From: Tubiluchus corallicola
Taxonomy: Eukaryota > Animalia > Priapulida
DNA: 50,550 nucleotides
Reading direction: 5' to 3'
Assembly: GCA_030141605.1 (NCBI GenBank)
Contig: JAQGDQ010000857.1
Span: 1-50,550, forward strand
Under the pieces are notes generated by a model. That model saw only the letters and a list, made by a program, of their open reading frames with translations, ran no database searches and was not told where the DNA came from. Positions 35,200 to 46,660 of this stretch are shown here, in pieces. Position 1 is the first letter of the stretch, and each line of letters opens with the position of its first letter. The position numbers and the translations under genes are program-made.

Positions 35200-35506
35200 A
35201 TTTTGTTTGCATCGCATATTCACAGTATTTAGAATTGTAAATTTTTGGTTATTTAAATTATAATGTTCTACAATATTGCGTTTCCCATCAGTTAATTGCC
35301 AATTACACACGTCAACAGAATTCAAATTTAAATTGAAAACGGCGCCAAAATTAATTTTACTTAATCGTTGCTATTTAAGGGTGGCTGACTAGATAACCTA
35401 CGAGTTCTTCACTGCCCTTCTCCTTTGTTACGTAATATTGCATGTATTTCTAATACTGTATTTTGTTAATTCTTGAGGAGTCAATAAATAAATTGAATTG
35501 AATTGA
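35200..35506 (+). mobile_element. CR1-group LINE 3' remnant
   Basis: Stem-loop agggtggctgactagataacc-tacg-agttcttcactgccct (35378-35418), followed by aataaa and an (attga)n tail. Confidence 0.65.
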
Positions 35507-35621
35507 TGATGATGCTAAATCTTTTATTGAACAAAATAATTAATAGAAAAATATACAAAAGATGCTCCATTTGCATGTTTACAAAAGTTTAACAAATTTA
35601 CGCTATAAAAAGTGCAATTTT

Positions 35622-35775
35622 ACAATGTTACTTGCAATGACAATAGACCGTTTTACTGCCATAAAACATCCTCTCAAGTGTGACGGCCTGATGAGAAGAT
35701 AGTTACTTCAGTTTATTATTATTAATTCATGGTTGTAATCATTTAGTGTAAGTGCTGTTATTTACTATCACAATT
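35622..35775 (+). pseudogene. GPCR fragment (TM3-TM4)
   Basis: TMLLAMTIDRFTAIKHPLKCDGLMRR*LLQFIIINSWL*SFSVSAVIYYHN is paralogous to the cluster genes, with two in-frame stops. Confidence 0.9.
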
Positions 35776-36024
35776 TGACACATTTTCCCCTTTTTATTTG
35801 TGATGTCAATTATATGCATTGTATGAGTGCTATATATTATAAAAGATATTATAACACATTTACAAGGTGTTATTATAAATGCTTGTTATTAATTATTAAT
35901 AACCCTTATTAATTGCGTTTATATCTCGTGCAGTTCACTGCTGAAAACACATATGTGAATGTTCAGAAATGGTGTTTTGAGAGATACGGAAATAAAATCT
36001 TGCATATGTAGATACTCAGTAACT

Positions 36025-36978
36025 ATGGAATCTGAAGGAGAATCTTACAATTTATGGTGTCACTGGCATGGAAATGATACTGAAAAGAATTTGATTTCCA
36101 AAGGTTGTGCCACATCACCAAGCATGTTTATTAATTACACTATAGCAGTACTTATCGAATTATCTAATCTTCTGGTTGTCATAGCTCTGGTCAAGTACAA
36201 GCACTTGGAAGAACACAAGAACTGGTACATATGTAACCTAGCTGTTGCTGACATTTTAACCGGTGCATTTCTCCATGTACGTACATATATGCACTGGCAA
36301 CGGCATGGTAGGATATCTAACAGTCAATGCTTATTATTGTTTCAATTTGGTTACATTTTTGTAACCGCCTCAGCAACAACGTTACTTGCTGTCACAATAG
36401 ACCGTTTTATCGCCATAAAATATCCTCTCAGATATGACAGTCTGATGAGAAGGTGGTTAGTTCAGTTTATTATTGTTATTTCATGGTTGTACTCATTTAG
36501 TGTAAGTGCTCTTGTATATCACCATGATAGCTGGGGAGGTCGATGTTTATTCAGAGATGTTATTAGCCGGGATTTGATCCTAGTGCTTGCCATACAGCAG
36601 CTGATAATTGTAACTGTGTTGTTGCTTATCAATGCCAACATCATGTGCATTGCACGAAAACATATGCGCCGGATTGAACCAGATGCAGCAAGATCGTACA
36701 AGCACATCGTGAAATCAGCCAAGATGATCAGTTTAGTTGTAGGTACTTTCATTTTGTGCTATTTTCCTATAATCTTTATCAATATAATCTTTGCATACAG
36801 TCAAATTTACAACATATCACCACTCATTGTTGATATCTTTACTACGCTGATATTCAGCAATTCGTTTATGAATCCGATAATTTATTCATGGAAAAATAAA
36901 GAGCTCCGGGAATCATTCAAGAAAGTGCTTCACTGGGACAGATTAAAAGTGTTCTTTAGAAGAAACTCCCACAATTAG
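36025..36978 (+). CDS. Class A (rhodopsin-like) GPCR 1, single coding exon, 317 aa; adenosine-receptor/MECA-like orphan
   Basis: Seven hydrophobic segments with NLAVAD (TM2), TIDRF (TM3), YPLRY, CYFP (TM6), NSFMNPIIY (TM7) and helix 8 KELRESFKK. Start MESEGES was chosen by comparison with paralog 41150; the ORF is open from an ATG at 35959. Confidence 0.93.
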   Translation: MESEGESYNLWCHWHGNDTEKNLISKGCATSPSMFINYTIAVLIELSNLLVVIALVKYKHLEEHKNWYICNLAVADILTGAFLHVRTYMHWQRHGRISNSQCLLLFQFGYIFVTASATTLLAVTIDRFIAIKYPLRYDSLMRRWLVQFIIVISWLYSFSVSALVYHHDSWGGRCLFRDVISRDLILVLAIQQLIIVTVLLLINANIMCIARKHMRRIEPDAARSYKHIVKSAKMISLVVGTFILCYFPIIFINIIFAYSQIYNISPLIVDIFTTLIFSNSFMNPIIYSWKNKELRESFKKVLHWDRLKVFFRRNSHN

Positions 36979-38168
36979 TAGGCACTGGTGTTATTATCAA
37001 TGGTACTTACTCTAATGAATAAATTAAAATTTGCAAAAGACCGCCGAATGTAAATAATGACTTAAATATACAACAACTGCTAGACTCCAGCCATTATTAT
37101 TAAGTGAAATCTACTACAACTTGCCTACAAGAACAGCAATAGTTAAATTTCACAAGCTGGACTCATCTCCCAACACAAAAACTGCATATTTGTGCAAATA
37201 ATGGAAACACCTTTTTAGAATTACAGAGTTAGGTAACAATGCGATGAACTCCTTTACCTCTCTAAACTGGAAATTTGAAGATACAAGCAGACGACAAAAG
37301 TGAAAATGTTTTTGATGTTTAATATCATAACAGATCACAACTAAACTTATAGACAGTGCAATCACTATAGTTCAATAAGTTCAACAACTGTTGCTGTTTT
37401 GTGAAGTTCTGATATTTGTACAGCCATGACAGCTCGAAAACATGCTGAAACTTCTACAATAATTGTTGCTGTGACTTGCACAGAGGGTGTGAATGGACTG
37501 GTCCTTGGAACGTCTGCTACTTGTTTTGCAGTGCATCTATTGCATGACATTTCAGTGCTTTCACTCTGTCACAGATATAGCATGGAACTTGCGTGAATTT
37601 CCTGTGTCACTGTTATAGGTTTTCCAAGAACTTAAATGATTTTAAGTTCGCAGAGGTAAAAAACTTTTTGAATTTAACTTCATTTCTTCTATATAACTCC
37701 TAGAATTTAGCATTTGGTATTTATTATAAACTGTAGGTATCATTTTACTGTCACTTTACCGACATAAGCTTACATTGTCCTTCATTATCAACATCTTTTT
37801 CATCACTCTTGTATTGTTGTGTCGTTTAATCATTATTGTGATGACAAGTGCAAATTGCAACACAATGCTGATGATATCGTACTAGCCAGATAAACAAAGC
37901 ACCATAATTTCTTTGTGTTGATTCAAGTTAGAGGCACCTATTTGTTGAGGTACAATATCAATACAACTTTAACTGCGGCACTAAATATCAGCAGGTCACG
38001 GTTATAGCTGACATAGCTGACAGTGAATCACAGTCATATACCAGTGTTAGACATGATAAACAAAGTAAAAGTCGAGTTGATACATCATGTAGTTTATCAC
38101 ACATAATGAGAAGGTTTAGAGATGGCATTTCAGAGATATGGAATTAAAAGTGTCATACACATCTAAGC

Positions 38169-39098
38169 ATGGAATTTGACTGGAACGGAAATAGTACTAA
38201 ACATATGATATCCAATGGTTGGGCCACATCACCAAGCGTATTTGTTTATCACACTACAGCAGTACTTATTGAACTGTCTAATCTTCTAGTTGTCATAGCT
38301 CTCGTAAAGTACAAGCACTTGGAAGAACAGAAGAACTGGTACATATGTAACTTGGCTGTTGCTGACATGTTAACTGGTGTATTTCTACATGTACTTACAT
38401 ATGCAGTCTGGCAACAGAAAAGCAAGATATCTCACAGTGAATGTTTGTTGTTGTATCACTTTAGTGCTGCTTTTCTATACGTCTCAGCAACAACGTTGCT
38501 TGCTGTCACAATAGATCGTTTTATTGCCATAAAATATCCTCTCAGATACAACCATCTGATGAAAAGATGGTTAGTTCAGCTTTTTATTATTGCTTCTTGG
38601 TTGTATTCATCTAGTGTAAGTGCTCTTGTTTACTATCAAAGTAATTGGGATGGTCGATGTGTCTTCAAATATGTTGTTAATCAGCATCTAGTCCTAATGG
38701 GTGCCATTCATCACCTGATAGTTGCAACCGTGCTGTTGCTTATCAATGCCAACATCACGTGCATTGCACGAAGACACATGCGCCGGATTGAACAGGATGC
38801 AGCAAGATCATACAAGCAGAACATTAAATCTGCAAGGATGGTCAGCTTAATTGTTGGTACTTTTATTTTGTGCTGCCTTCCCTTCAGTGTTATCAATACC
38901 ATGGCTGCATACAGTCAGTTTTACAAAATATCTTCTTTTAGTGATAATTTCTCTACCTTGTTGATGTTCTCCAACTCATTCATGAACCCGATAATTTACT
39001 CGTGGAAAAATAAAGACCTTCGGCAGTCATTCAAGAAATTACTTCACTGGGACGTATTAAAAGCATTCTTTAGAAATCTGAGATGTCCACAAAATTAG
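38169..39098 (+). CDS. Class A GPCR 2, 309 aa
   Basis: Intact ORF with the same motifs (NLAVAD, TIDRF, CCLP, NPIIY) and an N-terminal sequon (NST). Confidence 0.93.
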   Translation: MEFDWNGNSTKHMISNGWATSPSVFVYHTTAVLIELSNLLVVIALVKYKHLEEQKNWYICNLAVADMLTGVFLHVLTYAVWQQKSKISHSECLLLYHFSAAFLYVSATTLLAVTIDRFIAIKYPLRYNHLMKRWLVQLFIIASWLYSSSVSALVYYQSNWDGRCVFKYVVNQHLVLMGAIHHLIVATVLLLINANITCIARRHMRRIEQDAARSYKQNIKSARMVSLIVGTFILCCLPFSVINTMAAYSQFYKISSFSDNFSTLLMFSNSFMNPIIYSWKNKDLRQSFKKLLHWDVLKAFFRNLRCPQN

Positions 39099-39470
39099 AA
39101 ACACACAAAAAGGGGGCACTGCATCATCTCGGGTATAATCTAAATTTAGATTTTGCTAAGCAGCACTAAAACTAGATAATTGAAAGCTAAACAGCACTTA
39201 ACAGCATCACCAAGTAAGTGAAATCTATTACAACATGCCCACTTGAAAAATGGAAGATTTTAATAATACTACATTTCACTAGAGACAATTCCAGTTAGAG
39301 CTGTATTGGCAAACACACCGAGTCAGCAACAGGACTTTCAAACAAGCCAAGAACAATATATGGTCACCAGCCGATATATCAAATAGAAATCAGAACTATC
39401 TTGTAACCTCCCACCAAATTGTTCTCATTTGAACACAAAATTTAACGATGGACAAAATGACAAGAAAATG

Positions 39471-39589
39471 CAATTCATTTATGAATCCAATAATTTATTC
39501 CTGGAAAAATAAAGCTTCGGGAATCGTTCAAGAAAGTGCTTCACTGGGACAGATTAAAAGTATTCTTTAGAAGAAACTCGGGCAATTAG
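39471..39589 (+). pseudogene. GPCR 3' fragment (TM7-helix 8)
   Basis: NSFMNPIIYSWKNK, then a 2-bp deletion (aaagcttcgg versus aaagagcttcgg), then ...ESFKKVLHWDRLKVFFRRNSGN*. Confidence 0.9.
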
Positions 39590-39894
39590 TAGCACTGCTG
39601 TTGTTAAATTACATTATCAATGATGCTTACTCTATTCAATACATTTTGATTTTGCATAAGTGCAAAAAGATTAATAATGATAAAAATGTGAAATAACAAC
39701 AGCTAGTAAACAGCCATTACCTACTAAATGAATCCCATTACAACGTTACTGTAAGTGCTGATTAAATTCCATGTAACGTTGGAGTCGTTTGCCATGGCAA
39801 TGGTTTGGTTTTCAAGCAATATGGCTGGGTGTTGAAACAGTAGTGACGACATTTTTTTCTAGGGAAGAAATAGCTAGTAATCGATACTGGAAAG

Positions 39895-40726
39895 CCACGC
39901 CACCAAGCATGTTTATTAATCATACTATAGCAGTACTTATCGAAATATCTAATCTTCTGGTTGTCATAGCTCTGGTCAAGTACAAGCACTTGGAAGAACA
40001 CAAGAACTGGTACGTATGTAACTTGGCTGTTGCTGATATGCTAGCTGGTATACATCTACATGTAGATGCACATGGAATCTGGCAATGGAATGGAATGGTG
40101 TCAAAAACTGAATGCTTGTTACTGTGTTACTTTGCTGCAGTTTTTGTAAATGCCTCAGCAACAACATTACTAGCTGTGACATTAGATCGTTTTATTGCCA
40201 TAAAATATCCTCTCAGATACAACCATCTGATGAAAAGATGGTTAGTTCAGTTTATAATTATTGCTTCATGGTTGCACTCATTTAGTGTAAGTGCTCTTGT
40301 GTATCATCGTGATAATTGGGAAGGTCCATGTATAGTAACTTATGTTATTAGCCAGGATCTGCTCCTGCTGTTTTCCACTCAGCAGCTGGTCATTGCAACT
40401 GTGTTGTTACTTATCAATGCCAACATCATGTGCATTGCGCATCGTACAAGCACATCGTGAAATCAGCCAAGATGATCAGTTTAGTTGTTGGTACTTTCAT
40501 TTTCTGCTGTTTTCCCCTCAATGTTATCAATATAATCACTGCATACAATCGGTTTTACAAAATACCTCCATTCATTGTGGATATTTGTGCTGCGCTGATA
40601 TTCAGCAATTCATTTATGAATCCAAATATTTATTCATGGAAAAATAAAGAGCTTCGGGAATCATTCAAGAAAGTGCTTCACTGGGACAGATTAAAAACAT
40701 TTTTTAGAAGAAACTCCCACAATTAG
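39895..40726 (+). pseudogene. GPCR 3, frameshifted
   Basis: Nearly identical to GPCR 4 but with a net 37-bp deletion in ICL3 at ~40439 that splits the ORF (39789-40460 and 40430-40726). The normal N-terminus is missing and NPIIY has become NPNIY. Confidence 0.88.
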
Positions 40727-41149
40727 TAGGCACTGCTGTGATGGTTAACGTTTAATGAACTTTTGTGATGGCAAGTGCAGTTTAATATTTGAATAGCTGT
40801 ATCATTATTAGAATTATCAATTTGTGACACAATGATTGTGATATTGTACTGCCTAGACAAACATATCCGCAGGATTTCATTCAGTTTAGTGGTGGATGTG
40901 TGATACATTTTATTTGCAGTATCGATTATGAAGAGGCTCTTCGTTTATAACCAACGTAACATATTGCATCAGTGCTAGAAATGAGAAAAGGAATTATAAC
41001 ACATTTGCAAGGTGTTATTGTAAACGAAACCGATATTGATTGTGTTGATATCTCATGCAATTATTTGCTGAAAACACATATAACAAGGTTTAGAGAATGT
41101 GTTTGAGAAATAGGGAAATAAAAGTTTTACACATGTACTCTCAGTAACT

Positions 41150-42109
41150 ATGGAATCTGAAGCAGATTCTTGCTATCCGTGGTGTCAGTGGAATAGAAGT
41201 GATACTGAAAAACATTCAGTTTCCAATGGTTGGGGTACATTATCAAACATAGTTGTATATTATACTGCAGCAGTACTTATTGAACTATCTAATCTTCTAG
41301 TTGTCATAGCTCTCGTGAAGTACAAGCACTTGGAAGAACACAAGAACTGGTACATATGTAACTTGGCTGTTGCTGACATGCTAGCTGGTATACATCTACA
41401 TGTAGATGCGCATGGAATCTGGCAATGGTCTGGGAGGGTGTCAAAAACTGAATGCTTGTTACTGTGTTACTTTGCTAGAGTTTTTGTAAATGTCTCAGCA
41501 ACAACATTACTTGCTGTCACAATAGACCGTTTTATCGCCATAAAATATCCTCTCAGATACAACCATCTGATGAGAAGATGGTTAGTTCAGCTTATAATTA
41601 TTGTTTCATGGTTGTACTCATTTAGTGTAAGTGCTCTTGTGTATCATCGTGATAATTGGGAAGGTCCATGTATAGTAACTTATGTTATTAGCCAGGATCT
41701 GCTCCTGCTGTTTTCCACTCAGCAGCTGGTCATTGCAACTGTGTTGTTACTTATCAACGTCAACATCATGTGCATTGCACGAAGACATATGCGCCGGATT
41801 GAACCAGATGCAGCAAGATCGTACAAGCACATCGTGAAATCAGCCAAGATGATCAGTTTAGTTGTTGGTACTTTCATTTTCTGCTGTTTTCCCCTTAATG
41901 TTATCAATATAATCACTGCATACAATCGGTTTTACAAAATACCTCCATTCATTGTGGATATTTGTATTATACTGATATTCAGCAATTCATTTATGAATCC
42001 AATAATTTATTCATGGAAAAATAAAGAGCTTCGGGAATCATTCAAGAAAGTGCTTCACTGGGACAGATTAAAAGCGTTCTTTAGAAATCTGAGATGTCCA
42101 CAAAATTAG
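41150..42109 (+). CDS. Class A GPCR 4, 319 aa
   Basis: Intact ORF with NLAVAD, TIDRF, CCFP and NSFMNPIIY. Confidence 0.94.
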   Translation: MESEADSCYPWCQWNRSDTEKHSVSNGWGTLSNIVVYYTAAVLIELSNLLVVIALVKYKHLEEHKNWYICNLAVADMLAGIHLHVDAHGIWQWSGRVSKTECLLLCYFARVFVNVSATTLLAVTIDRFIAIKYPLRYNHLMRRWLVQLIIIVSWLYSFSVSALVYHRDNWEGPCIVTYVISQDLLLLFSTQQLVIATVLLLINVNIMCIARRHMRRIEPDAARSYKHIVKSAKMISLVVGTFIFCCFPLNVINIITAYNRFYKIPPFIVDICIILIFSNSFMNPIIYSWKNKELRESFKKVLHWDRLKAFFRNLRCPQN

Positions 42110-42326
42110 AAACCCACGAAAAGGAGGCACTGCATCATCTCGGGTATAATCTAAATTTAGATTTTGCTAAGCAGCACTAAAACTAGATAATTGAAAGCTA
42201 AACAGCACTTAACAGCATCACCAAGTAACTGAAATCTATTACAATCTGCCCACTTGAAAAATGGAAGATTTTAATAATACTACATTTCACTAGAGACAAT
42301 TCCAGCTAGAGCTGTATTGGTAAATA

Positions 42327-42646
42327 TACCAAGTCAGTAATAGGACTTTCAAACAAACCAAAAACAATATATGGTCACCAGCCGATATATAAAATAGAAA
42401 TCAGAACACCAAGTCAGCAGTAGGACTTTCAAACAAGCCAAGAACAATATATGGTCACCAGCCGATATATAAAATGGAAATCAGAACACCAAGTCAGCAG
42501 TAGGACTTTCAAACAAACCAAGAACAATATATGGTCACCAGCCTATATAAAAAATGGAAATCAGAACACCAAGTCAGCAATAGGACTTTCAAACAAGCCA
42601 AGAACAATATATGGTCACCAGCCGATATATAAAATAGAAATCAGAA
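42327..42646. repeat. 80-bp minisatellite, 4 copies
   Basis: aagtcag recurs at 42331, 42411, 42491 and 42571. A single copy sits in the paralogous spacer at 39316-39395. Confidence 0.95.
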
Positions 42647-43119
42647 CTATCTTGTAACCTCCCACCACATTGTTCTCATTTGAACACAAAATTTAACGAT
42701 GGACAAAATGACAAGAAAATGCAGCTCAACAGCCTCTTGTCGTAAGACTAAATTCTTTGCTGTCGCTTACCTTATACTAAAGTTAACCAGACATTTTGCG
42801 ATACAATGCAATGACAATATCACTTTCTTTATAGTACTAGTTAAAAGTGACAGCTTTTGTAGCCAGTGTAATGACAGTCATACTTGTCAGTCCCTTCATT
42901 AGATGTCATCAAGACGAGAAGTGCTGACACAACATAAAGTCATTATAATTGTATTGATACATTATGCAGTTCACAACTGGAGGCACGTAGCTGTATTGTA
43001 CCAGTGTTTGATGATATAAATGTTGCAAAGTGCTTATACAAAACAAGACTCATGATAACTATGACCATACTTCATTTATTTTAATGATACGAAGTTAATA
43101 GATCAGACATTTGACAAAC

Positions 43120-43242
43120 GTGGAATTAAAAAGTGTCTTGTGCACTTAATAAGCATCCGTGATGGAATCTTAGAATTCACGGTCTCTATGGAATGGAAGT
43201 GGTACTGAACAGCACTTGGTTTCCAACGTCTGGGAAAGACCA
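43120..43242 (+). pseudogene. GPCR 5' fragment
   Basis: ggaattaaaaagtgtc...atggaatcttag...tggaatggaagtggtactgaacagcacttggtttccaacgtctggg resembles the 5' UTR and N-terminus of cluster genes, and ends before TM1. Confidence 0.7.
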
Positions 43243-43596
43243 TTTGATAGAAATTTTATAAATTATTAAAACTTTCAATTCATGACACAATGCTGGAGAT
43301 ATGGTACTGGCGGGATAAACATGTTTCTAGGATCTTCGTTCAAGTTAGTTTTGAAGGTGCAATATCACAGTATTTTACATGCCGTATCAACTGTCAAGAG
43401 GACCATTCTTTATAACTGACGTAATAATTGCAAATGCATTGTATAGGCATTAGATACTATAAAAGGAATTCTAACACATTCACAAGGTGTTATTATAAAC
43501 ACCCTCCCTCAACGAACGTTTGAGTTGACAAATATAACAAGGTTTACAGATGGTGTTTGAGAGATATGGAAATAAAAGTGTCCTACACATCTAGGC

Positions 43597-44541
43597 ATGG
43601 AATATGAGAAGAAGTTTCAGTATCTGTCTGACTAGAATGGAAACAGTACTGAACAGTATTTCATTTCCAATGGTTGGACCACATCACCAAGGGTATTTGT
43701 TTATCACACTATTATTGAACTATCTAATCTTCTAGTTGTCATAGCTCTGGTCAAGTACAAGCACTTGGAAGAACACAAGAACTGGTACATATGTAACTTG
43801 GCTGTTGCTGACATGTTAACTGGTGTATTTCTACATGTACTTACATATGCAGTCTGGCAACAGAAAAGCAAGATATCTCACAGTGAATGTTTGTTGTTGT
43901 ATCACTTTAGTTCTGCTTTTCTATACGTCTCAGCAACAACGTTGCTTGCTGTCACAATAGATCGTTTTATTGCCATAAAATATCCTCTCAGATACAACCA
44001 TCTGATGAAAAGATGGTTAGTTCAGTTTATTATTATTGCTTCATGGTTGTACTCATTTAGTGTAAGTGCTGTTGTTTACTATCACAATAACTGGGATGGT
44101 CGATGTGTCTTCAAATATGTTGTCAATCAGCATCTAGTCCCAATGGGTGCCATTCATCACCTGATGATTGCAGCAGTGTTGTTGCTTATCAATGCCAACA
44201 TCATGTGCATTGCACGAAAACACATGCACAGGATTGAACCAGATGCAGCAAGATCGTATAAGCGTAATGTGAAATCTGCCAAAATGATCAGTTTAGTTGT
44301 TGGTGCTTTCATTTTGGGTTATTTTCCCTTTAATGTCACCAATATAATCACTGCATACAATCGGTTTTATAAAATATCTCCAATCATTGAAGCTACCTCT
44401 CTTACGCTGATATTCAGCAATTCTTTTATGAACCCGATAATTTATTCATGGAAAAATAAAGAGCTTCGGGAATCATTCAAGAAAGTGCTTCACTGGGACA
44501 GATTAAAAGCACACTTTAGAAGAAACTCCCACAATTATTAG
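43597..44541 (+). pseudogene. GPCR 5, 5'-disrupted
   Basis: ATG at 43597 is followed by an in-frame TAG at 43633-43635 (TGG in paralogs) and a net 8-bp deletion at ~43710 in TM1. The remainder from TM1 to the stop is open. Confidence 0.82.
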
Positions 44542-45400
44542 GCACCCGCTGTCATCACATATTATTAGTAGTTGTTGAGGATTTTTGTTTATTAAATAAT
44601 CAAAATAGTTTGTTCTAACAATATAACTAATAATAGTTAAGTGTGCATTTTGATTAGATTAAGTTAACTTACCTGTTGTTACCTGTAAGGTGGTGACATA
44701 TGGTTTCAATATTAGCGCCCTAGTTTTAAATACCTGTCATTCAAGTTTCAATGTGTTCAAGGCAGTGATGCCGCGTTGATGAATTTTCTGTGTAACTCAC
44801 GATTTGATGCCAAAGACGTATGTAGATTTTGTCTAATTTTAATTAGTTACTCACTGAAAGTCTCTGATTAATTTCACTTAATCGTAATTGACATTTTGAT
44901 AGAAAATTAGTTTATATAAAAGAATTTGCATTTCATTCAAGATAAAATGTGTAATTTGGGAAAGGCCGTCTAAGGGCAAATGTGAAGAAAAATGATACGA
45001 AAGGGCATGTGCCAGTATACATGCGTGTTGGTAGTATTATCAACTTTACCTCTTTTGCAAAGTTGCCTTTTTGTTTTCAACTTCTTCGTTTTTCAGTTGC
45101 GCTCATCTTTCTAGTTATAACCTCGTTACTTTGCGGGTTACAATAAAGTTGTTAAACTTATTCTTGTCGCCTTGGTGTTTGAGACAGGGCTGGTACATTC
45201 TTTAATTAAAGGCGGTGTGCCTTGATGATGGCGCACGAACATAAAAAATATTATACTAAGCAACGACTTTGTTTGTTTGTTTGTCACCATAAAACCCAAA
45301 GAGTAGTGCGTACTCTATAGTCAATAAATTTAGATTTTGCTAAGGAGAGTTAAATGTAAATGGTGGCTAGAATGTCCAACAACAGCTAGGCACCAGCCAT

Positions 45401-45778
45401 TAGGGGTGAGCATCGAACGTTCGAGTTCGAACTCGATTCGAATCCAAAACTATAGATTCGAATAATTTAGCACTTCAATCACATATGTTCCTGATCATTA
45501 AAATGATTGAAACATCATGCAATTAGCATAATTTAGCTGTGATTTCTGCACACAACTTTAAACAATTTACTAGTCGTTTTATTGCAGAACAAAATCTAGT
45601 GATATGCATGATCTTTGTAAGACTAATTTTTACTGGTGGTTCTAAAACTTGTTCGAAAATCGTTTAATCTCAATTTGAATTCGGTTCGAATTCGAAACAC
45701 TGAAGTTCGGTTCGAATTCGAAAGTCACAAATTCGGTTCGATTCGAATTCGCTTTCTGGTACAGAATGCTCACCCCTA
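45401..45778. mobile_element. hAT MITE with TTCGAA-rich subterminal repeats
   Basis: Perfect 13-bp TIR taggggtgagcat / atgctcaccccta and a perfect 8-bp TSD ccagccat (45393-45400, 45779-45786). Confidence 0.95.
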
Positions 45779-46344
45779 CCAGCCATTACTAGTTATTAAG
45801 CGCAAATCTACAACAACTTGCTTACGAGTACAGTAATAGTTCACATCAAGCTGGACACGTTTCCCAACACAAACGCTGCATATTTATGCGAATAGTGCAA
45901 ACATTTTTCTAGAAATTACAGAGTAGTAAACAATGATGATGAACTTTTTTCTCTCTCTCTAAACTGCAAACTTGAATAATACAAACAGATAGCAGGAACG
46001 AAAATGTCTACGATGTTTGACAACAGAAAAAATCCCAATTAAGCTCAGCTCTTATTTGCAGAACTAATTATTAATCTGTAAATTGCCTTTTACAGCCACA
46101 AAATGTATCAGTCATTCAATTCAATAAATTTTGATTTTTCGTAAGTGCACTAAAGGTTGATAATGACAAAAATGTTAAACAAAAGCTGTGACACAGCAAT
46201 TTTACCTACTAAATTAAATCCGCTGCCATTTTTCTATAAATACCAATTAAAGTCCACGTAATGAGGGAGTCGTTTACCATAGCAAAGGCTGGGCAACAGT
46301 TAAAAAGCTGTCTACTCCTTTTTAGGAGTGATTACAATGCATAT

Positions 46345-46660
46345 AACCATGATCAACTGCAGTGTTAGTTTCTGACGTCATATGATGTAAAGCCCATTTA
46401 TCGTGACATTATGCATTTAAACAATAACGTAACACTTATGCAAATGTGCTTGATGCGCAAGGGAAAATGCCTGTCATTGCACAAACTGTCTTTAGTTTTT
46501 GACGTAAGCAATAGCTGTGTTCGTTTGCCGTTAATTAACTTTCTAAGCTAATTATTCAACTATAAGAAACAATTGCTAACTTTTATAGGCAAGAAAATGT
46601 ATATTTTGGACAGTAAATTAAAATGAGATTGAGTCTAAACAATCGACTTGTCTTCCTAAA
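46345..46660 (-). mobile_element. Family B MITE, inverted and truncated
   Basis: Reverse complement of 2367-2680. Confidence 0.85.
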
